64,000 nt of DNA from a virus (lineage: Duplodnaviria > Caudoviricetes). The DNA lies in the IMG/VR virus record IMGVR_UViG_3300042997_001039, positions 17,436 to 81,435 of that record; one strand, given 5' to 3'. The translations under genes and the position numbers were made by a program. The stretch's first letter is position 1; the number at the start of each line of letters is the position of its first letter. Of the stretch, positions 40,413 to 48,375 are shown piece by piece. The notes under the pieces were generated by a model, which saw nothing but the letters and a program-made list of their open reading frames with translations, did not search any database and was not told the origin of the DNA.

Positions 40413-40762
40413 TGCGATTAGTTGAGTTCGAAGTATCAAGCGTAAACACAGAAAAACTGGCTGCTTTAAGCCAGTTTCTGTTGTCTCGTACCGAAGATAC
40501 CAATGCTAAGAAAACTATGCCGGTGTCAAGTTTTCTTGACCTAGCCAACAACATGGGTGTCGGCATCACAGATGACCAATTACGCAATCTTGTACAACAA
40601 CCCCCACTTAGCGAAATAATTGCCAATATCGAAGGCGATGCTGAAACTGGCACAATTACATTTAAAGGTGCTGAAGAAGTAGCACCTAATATGAGCGTGG
40701 ATCAAGCTCGTGACACAGTCGACACAATGGCCAAACGAGCACTAAACAAAAAAGGACTTTGA
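40412..40762 (+). CDS. Hypothetical late protein
   Basis: 116 aa starting MRLVEF. Confidence 0.55.
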   Translation: MRLVEFEVSSVNTEKLAALSQFLLSRTEDTNAKKTMPVSSFLDLANNMGVGITDDQLRNLVQQPPLSEIIANIEGDAETGTITFKGAEEVAPNMSVDQARDTVDTMAKRALNKKGL

Positions 40763-40764
40763 TC

Positions 40765-40881
40765 ATGTTAGAAACAATTTTCTGGTTATTACTGGGTGCA
40801 TTTGTGGGCTGGAATTTCCCCCAGCCAGATTTTGCCAAAGCTATCCAAGCAAAGATACTGGGCCTTTTTAAGAAATCGTGA
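40765..40881 (+). CDS. Small membrane protein (not in ORF track)
   Basis: AAGGA RBS; MLETIFWLLLGAFVGWNFPQPDFAKAIQAKILGLFKKS*, 38 aa. Confidence 0.55.
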   Translation: MLETIFWLLLGAFVGWNFPQPDFAKAIQAKILGLFKKS

Positions 40882-41456
40882 ACCTTGTTTATATTCACGG
40901 TGCCAGTGCCACCGGGGATAGTTTCAATTACATTCGGCACCATCTCGACCACCCTGACGAAATTGTCATAGAATACGACAGCCAAAATGGATTTGATCGT
41001 AATTTAGCAGACATGAAAAATATTGTCAGTAACATTGACAACATTGTGTTTGTGTGCCACAGTCTCGGCGGCATCTATGCCCTGCACTTGGCCTCTGCTT
41101 TTCCAGATCATATATTGGGTGCTGTAACAATGAGTACACCTTACGGTGGAGCCGAGTCAGCAGACTATGCCAAATACTTTTTGCCATTTAACCGGTTGTT
41201 ACGAGATATAGGACCCAACAGCGACCCAATGAAAACTGCCAGCCGTATTCAACTGCAGCATCCTTGGTTAAATGTAGTGACCACAAGAGGTGATAGTCCT
41301 TGGATAATGCAACCCAATGATGGCGTGGTTACTGTGAATAGCATGCGGCATAGATCTGAAATGCAGCTTCGGGAACTGTATATCAATCATTACGAAGTGG
41401 TAATGAGTCCCAAAACAGTTGATATCATCAAAGAGTTCGTGTATAATATTAAATAG
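40878..41456 (+). CDS. Alpha/beta hydrolase
   Basis: YIHGAS, CHSLGG nucleophile elbow, NDGVV, NHYEV. Confidence 0.85.
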   Translation: MNLVYIHGASATGDSFNYIRHHLDHPDEIVIEYDSQNGFDRNLADMKNIVSNIDNIVFVCHSLGGIYALHLASAFPDHILGAVTMSTPYGGAESADYAKYFLPFNRLLRDIGPNSDPMKTASRIQLQHPWLNVVTTRGDSPWIMQPNDGVVTVNSMRHRSEMQLRELYINHYEVVMSPKTVDIIKEFVYNIK

Positions 41457-41482
41457 TAATATAGAACCCAAGGAGGTCTATT

Positions 41483-41830
41483 ATGAAACGTATATTTCTC
41501 GGTGTATTTTTAGCTGTCTTTCTTGTGGGCACCACACAAGCAGGTGGTTACGGCCGTGGCTACTATAACGGCTATAACAATGGCTATCGCAATAGTTACA
41601 ATAATGCCTGGGCCTGGGGCGGAGCAGCCTTTTTGGGAGGAGCCATCATTGGTGGAGCACTCACATACGGAGCAAGACCTTATTATGCACCACCTCCTGT
41701 ATACTATGCACCACCTCCTGTATACTATGCACCTCCGCCAGTATACTACACACCACCGCCGGCCACTTATGTAGATCCAAATCCGGCACCAGTGCTGTAC
41801 TGGGATAGTGTTTGTCAGTGTTATAGATAA
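41483..41830 (+). CDS. Secreted Gly/Tyr/Pro-rich protein
   Basis: Signal peptide, GY/N-rich segment, hydrophobic stretch, YAPPPVY x3. Confidence 0.65.
   Translation: MKRIFLGVFLAVFLVGTTQAGGYGRGYYNGYNNGYRNSYNNAWAWGGAAFLGGAIIGGALTYGARPYYAPPPVYYAPPPVYYAPPPVYYTPPPATYVDPNPAPVLYWDSVCQCYR
41684..41746 (+). repeat. 21-bp coding tandem repeat x3
   Basis: tatgcaccacctcctgtatac x2 plus a variant, encoding YAPPPVY. Confidence 0.85.
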
Positions 41831-41839
41831 GGAAGCAAA

Positions 41840-42214
41840 ATGGCATATTCAGACAAAGTATTAGATCATTACGAAAATCCTCGCAACGTAGGATCATTTG
41901 AAAAAGGTGACGACGACGTAGGCACAGGAATGGTAGGTGCACCCGCATGCGGTGATGTAATGAAACTACAAATCAAAGTCCTGGACGGAATTATTACAGA
42001 TGCACGATTCAAAACATACGGCTGCGGCTCGGCCATTGCCAGTTCGTCATTGGTTACTGAATGGGTCAAAGGGCGAACTCTTGACGAAGCAGCGACAATT
42101 AGAAATACTGAAATCGCTCAAGAACTCGCACTCCCGCCGGTTAAGATACATTGCAGCATCCTTGCAGAAGATGCTATCCGAGCAGCCATAGCAGACTACA
42201 GAAACAAACATTAA
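41840..42214 (+). CDS. iscU: Fe-S cluster scaffold IscU
   Basis: YSDKVLDHYENPRNVG, GAPACGDVM, KTYGCGSAIASSS, LPPVKIHCS. Confidence 0.95.
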   Translation: MAYSDKVLDHYENPRNVGSFEKGDDDVGTGMVGAPACGDVMKLQIKVLDGIITDARFKTYGCGSAIASSSLVTEWVKGRTLDEAATIRNTEIAQELALPPVKIHCSILAEDAIRAAIADYRNKH

Positions 42215-43092
42215 TGATATTACCAAATTTAGTATTGGTGATTCGTGCCAATTGCTGCTGGACAGAATCTGGTATTGATACATTATCTAGATGCCGTGAT
42301 AAAAAAAGATTTCTCGAATATCCAGATCCGGTTGAATATTGTTACAACAGTCGCGGATTCCGTGATGTTGAATGGCCCGAAGATCTGCAATCTGCCATAT
42401 GGTGTGTCGGCGACAGCTTTACTGCTGGCATTGGGTCAGCATATGAAAACATATGGCCACAGAAATTATCAGCTATAACTGGACGCAGAACAGTAAATGT
42501 TGCCATGGATGGAGCCAGTAATAATTGGATAGCTCAACGTGTAAAAGAAATTGCCAAGCATATCAACCCAGAAAATATAGTTGTCATGTGGAGTTCGGTT
42601 GAACGTAGAGAAAAGTCAGCTGATGAAAGCCGTAACAAATTCTTCCAAAAGTTTTACAACGATGTTAAGGATCCATCTTGGCCAAACTGCCCAACAGCAG
42701 ATAAATTCAATACCTTACCATTAGCAATAAGACAAGAATTAGCAAAGGATCACACAATTGGACTGCATTTACGTATTTCTAAGGATCTTGAATCAATTGA
42801 AATTATTAACCTTGATGAACTCAGAATAGTGCAGCTCATAGCCGAGCAAAATGAGCATATGAGCAACTTTGAAAGTTGTGTAGAATTACTCAAAGATGTA
42901 AAATCAAACTTAATTTGTAGTTTTATTCCAGGCTTCGCAGAAGAACAATATCAAGCAGATTATGTCAAGGCATGTCGTTACGGACACATGTTGCCTATAA
43001 TCAAGAAATTGGACCTGGCACGAGATGGCCATCATTTTGATAAAATAACTAGTCAGTGGGTGGCGGAGCAGATAGTGCCACTGTTGAAGTAA
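42214..43092 (+). CDS. SGNH/GDSL-like protein
   Basis: NSRGFRD, CVGDSFT, NVAMDGASN, C-terminal RDGHHF. Confidence 0.65.
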   Translation: MILPNLVLVIRANCCWTESGIDTLSRCRDKKRFLEYPDPVEYCYNSRGFRDVEWPEDLQSAIWCVGDSFTAGIGSAYENIWPQKLSAITGRRTVNVAMDGASNNWIAQRVKEIAKHINPENIVVMWSSVERREKSADESRNKFFQKFYNDVKDPSWPNCPTADKFNTLPLAIRQELAKDHTIGLHLRISKDLESIEIINLDELRIVQLIAEQNEHMSNFESCVELLKDVKSNLICSFIPGFAEEQYQADYVKACRYGHMLPIIKKLDLARDGHHFDKITSQWVAEQIVPLLK

Positions 43093-44209
43093 ACTGGTCT
43101 TTATTGTCAGGTTGCCAAATTGGACGTTCTTTTTCGTTTGCTTTTTCTATATTTTCTTCTGTGATCAGTTGACCGATACCGGGATTATCTGTAATCCATC
43201 GATTATAAACATCTACACACTCATTGAAGTTTTTGATCATAAAACGTTTTTCTTTAAGAGTCTGCTTCTTAATAGGAACAGTTTCTACCATGATACCCAA
43301 TTCAACCATGCGTTCAATAGACTTGTTAACTTGTAAGTAATTGCGATAATTATCTTTTAAAAAATCACGACGGTCCTGGGGTAAAAATTGAACTATACTT
43401 TTGATATCGGCTGTTATTAATCCGGTACCTGCTTTGGAATTAGAATTGTGTGTTAATTGTGTAAAACTTTCTGGCCGCTCTAATGCCAATGTGCCAATAT
43501 CGCTGGCATAATAATGGCAGCGATTCCAGTCAGCAAAGTCTATGCCGTATGTGTCTTGCCAAGAAATCTTGGGTTGACCTGCAAATATAGGAAGATTAAT
43601 AATGTATTTTTCGATGTCTTTGAGATGAGTATCATATTTGAAATACGAAGCCACGTTAAAGTGTGCGTCACACCATTCTAAATAGATTTTGTAATCAACT
43701 AAAGTTTTAACAATAACTTCTGGATCAATAGTTATTTGTTCTTTGTAAAGATTAATAAAAGTATTTATTTTTTCTTCAGCAGAATATACATTAATTTTTT
43801 TAGTTACAGTATTGATACCCCAGCTGAGTGCATGTTCAAAAACATTTTCTCTGCGACAGGATATAATAAAAAAGTTCTTGTTGAGATATTGATAGAATGG
43901 TATCTGTTCGGCCAATGTATCTTTTCTATTGCGTATATGGTAATGTGCAAGTCTGGAAGTTTTATAATGGTCGCAGCCGTCTAATGTGCGTACTATTTCT
44001 TCTAGACTTTGGTAGTATCCCCAGGGCTGTTCTGGTTTACCCAATATCTCTCTGTTGAAATCCGGACTGTAAAACTTGGTAATACCATTTGTAAGTTCGT
44101 GCAAATTGATTACCGGTCGATCATATTGGTGGAACTGCATGTAAACTGTAATCAGCCTTTGTAGTAAAGTACTGCCAACAGCATCTGGTGTTAAAATAAG
44201 TACGTTCAT
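43049..44209 (-). CDS. Putative sulfotransferase-fold protein
   Basis: N-terminal ILTPDAVGSTLL resembles the 5'-PSB loop (PRSGTTLL); IISCRRENVFE resembles the 3'-PB motif. Confidence 0.4.
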   Translation of the reverse strand: MNVLILTPDAVGSTLLQRLITVYMQFHQYDRPVINLHELTNGITKFYSPDFNREILGKPEQPWGYYQSLEEIVRTLDGCDHYKTSRLAHYHIRNRKDTLAEQIPFYQYLNKNFFIISCRRENVFEHALSWGINTVTKKINVYSAEEKINTFINLYKEQITIDPEVIVKTLVDYKIYLEWCDAHFNVASYFKYDTHLKDIEKYIINLPIFAGQPKISWQDTYGIDFADWNRCHYYASDIGTLALERPESFTQLTHNSNSKAGTGLITADIKSIVQFLPQDRRDFLKDNYRNYLQVNKSIERMVELGIMVETVPIKKQTLKEKRFMIKNFNECVDVYNRWITDNPGIGQLITEENIEKANEKERPIWQPDNKDQFTSTVALSAPPPTD

Positions 44210-44228
44210 GCGGGTATTTAAGTAAATA

Positions 44229-44257
44229 TTGACACAGTTCAAATTATCTGCTACAAT
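44229..44257 (+). promoter_or_regulatory. sigma70-type promoter
   Basis: TTGACA, 17 bp, TGc-TACAAT. Confidence 0.7.
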
Positions 44258-44277
44258 AATCTAATAGAGGAAATCAC

Positions 44278-45084
44278 ATGGCAAAACGTATTTTAATCAT
44301 GGGCCTGCCCGGTTCTGGTAAAACAACAATGGCGACAGCACTTAAAAATCACATTGAAGACATCAAACATGAAGGTTATGGAATCACAGTCGAGTGGTTC
44401 AATGCCGACGAGATTAGAAAAAAATTCAACGATTGGGACTTTAGTGAAGCAGGTCGCATTCGTCAGAGTCTGCGTATGGATGATTTGGCTGCAAAATCCA
44501 TAGCAGACTATGTAATCTGCGACTTTGTGGCACCATTGGTAGAAATGCGTAACAATTTCAAAGCTGATTGGACCATTTGGATGGATACAATTGAAAAAGG
44601 ACGTTATGAGGATACCAATAAAGCATTTGTAGCTCCTACATTATATGACTTTCGCATCACAGAACAAGATGCTGCCAAGTGGTCGGTGTTTGTAGCCGAT
44701 CATATTTTAGCTGATCAACGCCGTCCTGTGTTTGACTGGCGTAAGGAAACAGTGCAAATGTTGGGTCGGTGGCAACCATGGCATACTGGACATCGTGCCT
44801 TGTTTGAGCGTTTGTTGCAGCGTACAGGACAAGTTATTATTCAAATCCGCGATGTGCAAGGTTGGCAAGGCAGCAATCCATTTGGTCTAGAGGAAGTTAA
44901 AGAATTCATACGTAGAGATCTAGATCCGTTGTACCAAGGCCAATATGATATTCAAATTGTACCCAACATTGTACACATTGGCTGGGGGCGTGGCGTGGGA
45001 TACACATCAGGTGAAGAGACATTTGACGAATCGATTACCAAGATTTCCGGTACTGATATCCGTCGACAGATGGGCTTAAAATGA
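44278..45084 (+). CDS. cysC: Adenylylsulfate (APS) kinase-like domain fused to HxGH nucleotidyltransferase domain
   Basis: MGLPGSGKTT, NADEIR, DFSEAGRIRQ, CDFVAP; C-terminal GRWQPWHTGH. Confidence 0.7.
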   Translation: MAKRILIMGLPGSGKTTMATALKNHIEDIKHEGYGITVEWFNADEIRKKFNDWDFSEAGRIRQSLRMDDLAAKSIADYVICDFVAPLVEMRNNFKADWTIWMDTIEKGRYEDTNKAFVAPTLYDFRITEQDAAKWSVFVADHILADQRRPVFDWRKETVQMLGRWQPWHTGHRALFERLLQRTGQVIIQIRDVQGWQGSNPFGLEEVKEFIRRDLDPLYQGQYDIQIVPNIVHIGWGRGVGYTSGEETFDESITKISGTDIRRQMGLK

Positions 45085-45293
45085 ATAAGTACTATATAAG
45101 ATATAACACCAAACATGGAGAAGGTGATCTAGTATGGCGTGTCTTTGAAAACGGATCAGAATTTTTGGTACGCAATATTGACATTCGAGTTCCAGTGTTG
45201 GGTGAGTCTACCACGGAAGGTGATGTTGTAAAATGGAATATCGCCTGTAATGGTAGTATGGACATAATCGACGGAGTCGCAATAATATCATGA
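45081..45293 (+). CDS. Hypothetical protein
   Basis: 70-aa coupled ORF. Confidence 0.55.
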   Translation: MNKYYIRYNTKHGEGDLVWRVFENGSEFLVRNIDIRVPVLGESTTEGDVVKWNIACNGSMDIIDGVAIIS

Positions 45294-45616
45294 TTACCAT
45301 AACTGAAACAGCAGCAAAGAAGATTGTCAGCAATATAGCCCGACGTGGGCAGGGAGTGGGCATTAAGGTGGGGGTAAAGACCACTGGCTGTTCTGGTCTT
45401 GCGTATGTGTTAGAATATCTGGACGAAGCACCATGCACATGGGACTGGACAGAGCACGAAAAAGACGGAGCCAGAGTTTGGATAAATGCCAAGGATCTAG
45501 CATACATCGACGGACTCGAAATTGATTATGTCCGTAAAGGTCTTAACGAAGGCTTTGATTTTATCAATCCCAAGGAAGCAGCCCGTTGCGGTTGCGGAGA
45601 AAGCTTTACAATCTAA
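45290..45616 (+). CDS. iscA: A-type Fe-S carrier IscA/SufA
   Basis: ITITETAA, GVKTTGCSGLAY, FINP...CGCGESF. Confidence 0.93.
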   Translation: MITITETAAKKIVSNIARRGQGVGIKVGVKTTGCSGLAYVLEYLDEAPCTWDWTEHEKDGARVWINAKDLAYIDGLEIDYVRKGLNEGFDFINPKEAARCGCGESFTI

Positions 45617-46326
45617 TGATAACACAACGATACAGCTATATACCCATCGACAGAACTACTGTGGATGGCAAAAGACATTACTGTTTGCCCGATGGAAAAA
45701 AAGTACCCAGTGTAACAACAATCCTAGATCGGACCAAGCCACAGGAAGCCAGAGATGCACTGGCAAACTGGCGAAAGAATGTAGGCGAACAACGTGCTCA
45801 ACAAATCACTACAGAAGCAGCCAACAGAGGCACACGCATGCATGCCTACTTGGAAACTTATGTGATGATGGACGAAATGAAGCCTTTGCCTGGCAACCCA
45901 TTTGCACATCCTAGTTGGTTTATGGCTGCTGAGATTATTTTGCAAGGGCTAGTAAATGCTAACGAATTCTGGGGTACAGAAGTTCCTGTGTATTATAGTG
46001 GGTTATATGCAGGCACCACAGACTTGGTGGGCAAGTGGAAGGATCAACCTGCCATCATGGATTTCAAGCAAAGCAACAAGGTCAAGAAGCGTGAGTACAT
46101 CACTGACTACTTCTTGCAGCTGGCAGCATACGCACAAGCTCACAACGAAATGCACGGAACAGACATCAACACCGGCGTTATTTTAATGGCTGTGCAGCCC
46201 AAACTGTTGGAAGATCACACTTACACCACGCCTCAGTATATGGAATTTGTTATTGAAGGCGACGAATTTAAGTACTGGTCAAACGAATGGACCAAACGAG
46301 TTGAGCTATACTATCTAACAGCATAA
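45616..46326 (+). CDS. PD-(D/E)XK exonuclease (Cas4/lambda-exo-like)
   Basis: PSVTTIL, RGTRMH, YAGTTD, IMDFKQS, YFLQLAAYA. Confidence 0.85.
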   Translation: MITQRYSYIPIDRTTVDGKRHYCLPDGKKVPSVTTILDRTKPQEARDALANWRKNVGEQRAQQITTEAANRGTRMHAYLETYVMMDEMKPLPGNPFAHPSWFMAAEIILQGLVNANEFWGTEVPVYYSGLYAGTTDLVGKWKDQPAIMDFKQSNKVKKREYITDYFLQLAAYAQAHNEMHGTDINTGVILMAVQPKLLEDHTYTTPQYMEFVIEGDEFKYWSNEWTKRVELYYLTA

Positions 46327-46352
46327 ATACCTAATCAAATAGGTATACGTAA

Positions 46353-47939
46353 ATGGCCATTGTACAAATCTCAAGAATTACCAACCGCAAAGGTTTAATA
46401 GAAAACCTGCCGCAGTTGGCTGGTGCCGAATTAGGGTGGGCAATTGATACTCGCCAACTGTTTATTGGAAACGGAACACTCGAAGAAGGTGCGCCGGTTA
46501 TCGGTAACACAGAAATTTTAACACAATTTTCCGACATTACTGCACTTAGTAACTATACTTACAAAGATATTGCTGTAGGGTATGCTGCTCAAACAGGTCC
46601 TACATCTAGTGATCCAATAGTACGTACAGTACAAGCCAAACTAGACGATTTTGCAGATGTTAGAGATTTTGGGGCAGTCGGCGATGGATCCGCTGATGAT
46701 ACTGAAGCAATTAATCGTGCCTTATATCAATTGTATTGTGTCGAAACTAACACTCAAATTCGCCGTTCCTTATATTTTCCGGCTGGTACATATAGAATTA
46801 CAGAAAGTTTAATAATTCCCACCTATGCAAAACTTGTTGGGGAAGGTGCTGACTGTACTATTATACAATTAGATACAAGTAGTGATATTTCCAGTTTAAG
46901 TGCTTACGTAGCAAGATATGGTGATAGTTTACAGCAAACAGGTGTTAACATTGGTAGCAATGGAGCAACTGCCCCTCGTAATATCGAAATTAGTTCAATG
47001 ACATTCGGAACTGTGGAAATTACTGACGTATTTTTAGTCGAAAATGCCACACAATGTTATTTTGATAGTGTAAATTTTGTCGGGCCATTAACCACAAGTA
47101 GTATAACTGCTGACCCTGCTAGCGATGACATAGCTGGTGTAAGATTTGCCAGCACAGCCAGCTTAGTGTGTAATCAAATTACATTCGACAAATGTAGATT
47201 TGCAGGCCTGAATTATGGCATCAACACAGACCAAGAAATTAATTCGATTACTGTAAGCAACAGTAAATTTGAAATTTTATATCAAGGTATCACATTAGGA
47301 ACCAGTACTCCTGTAAATGGCGGTGCCACTGGATTTCGAGCAGTCCATAATATGTTTGATTTGGTATATGCCCAAGGCATAGTTTACGACTTAGTCGATC
47401 TTAATGTCACAGCTTATAACGTATTCTATGACGTAGGCAATAACTATACTAGCAATCCTGTAGTTGCTGTCATTGAATTTGGCAACGATAACAACGCCAG
47501 TATATCTGATATGTTTGAACGCAGTAACGACGAAGCTAATGCAGTTTCTCGTGTATTGGTAACTGGTGCAAGCACCACTACCGGCACACAGATACAGATA
47601 GGACGGTATGCTCGAGAAAACGGCAGAACACAATCTTTAGGTAACAATCAATCTAATCAGACTATTTTTACAACTGATACTGCAACTATAAAAGCATTTC
47701 AAATGACATATACTATTCAAAGAGACATTGCTATAAGATTCGGAACACTTATAGTGACAGCACAAAATTCTGATGATAGTAGTTTGACGCTGGCATACGC
47801 AGATGATTTTACAGAAAACATAGACACCGGAATTACTTTAGCAGTATCTCAATCAAGCAATGTGATTACAGTGAAATATTCAAGTACAAATACTGGACTA
47901 ATTGGTACACTTACTTACTCACTTTCATATCTGTCTTAA
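46353..47939 (+). CDS. Virion protein with Mtd-like N-terminus and pectate-lyase-3-like beta-helix
   Basis: LPQLAGAELGWAIDTRQLFIGNG; DVRDFGAVGDGSADDTEAINRA; LYFPAGTY. Confidence 0.7.
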   Translation: MAIVQISRITNRKGLIENLPQLAGAELGWAIDTRQLFIGNGTLEEGAPVIGNTEILTQFSDITALSNYTYKDIAVGYAAQTGPTSSDPIVRTVQAKLDDFADVRDFGAVGDGSADDTEAINRALYQLYCVETNTQIRRSLYFPAGTYRITESLIIPTYAKLVGEGADCTIIQLDTSSDISSLSAYVARYGDSLQQTGVNIGSNGATAPRNIEISSMTFGTVEITDVFLVENATQCYFDSVNFVGPLTTSSITADPASDDIAGVRFASTASLVCNQITFDKCRFAGLNYGINTDQEINSITVSNSKFEILYQGITLGTSTPVNGGATGFRAVHNMFDLVYAQGIVYDLVDLNVTAYNVFYDVGNNYTSNPVVAVIEFGNDNNASISDMFERSNDEANAVSRVLVTGASTTTGTQIQIGRYARENGRTQSLGNNQSNQTIFTTDTATIKAFQMTYTIQRDIAIRFGTLIVTAQNSDDSSLTLAYADDFTENIDTGITLAVSQSSNVITVKYSSTNTGLIGTLTYSLSYLS

Positions 47940-48368
47940 ATGTGGGAAGCCCTGTATCAAGATAGGCTTACCGACTGGCACAAACTAAGACAAGCCGCTA
48001 ATACATTAAACCAGCAAGATCAATTGCTTTCCATTAATAATTGGTGGTTTTGTGCCCCTATAATTAACAGGGTTATTACATGGGATGATCCCGCCAAGTG
48101 GCCAGCTCCTTGGGAATTATTAAACAATAAAGGTTATTGTGAGCTTGCTAGAGCACTAGGTATAGTGTATACTATAATGCTAGTAGATAATAGAACCTAC
48201 ACAAATTTAAAAATAATACAGACTGAAAAAGACAATTTAGTCCTGGTTGATGACGGGAAATATATATTGAATTGGGCACCAGGCGAGATGTTAAATACCC
48301 ACTCAGCACCAATACCCACTGTTAAGAACATGATCGACAGTTCTAAATTAGAAAGTTTTTTACAATAA
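47940..48368 (+). CDS. Hypothetical protein (possible papain/transglutaminase-like)
   Basis: PAPWELL...YCELARALG conserved Cys context. Confidence 0.4.
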   Translation: MWEALYQDRLTDWHKLRQAANTLNQQDQLLSINNWWFCAPIINRVITWDDPAKWPAPWELLNNKGYCELARALGIVYTIMLVDNRTYTNLKIIQTEKDNLVLVDDGKYILNWAPGEMLNTHSAPIPTVKNMIDSSKLESFLQ

Positions 48369-48375
48369 GCGACAA

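Noticed and set aside
45616-46326. Cas4-like nuclease as a sign of a CRISPR system
   Set aside because: No repeat-spacer array or other cas genes; stand-alone PD-(D/E)XK exonucleases are common in phages
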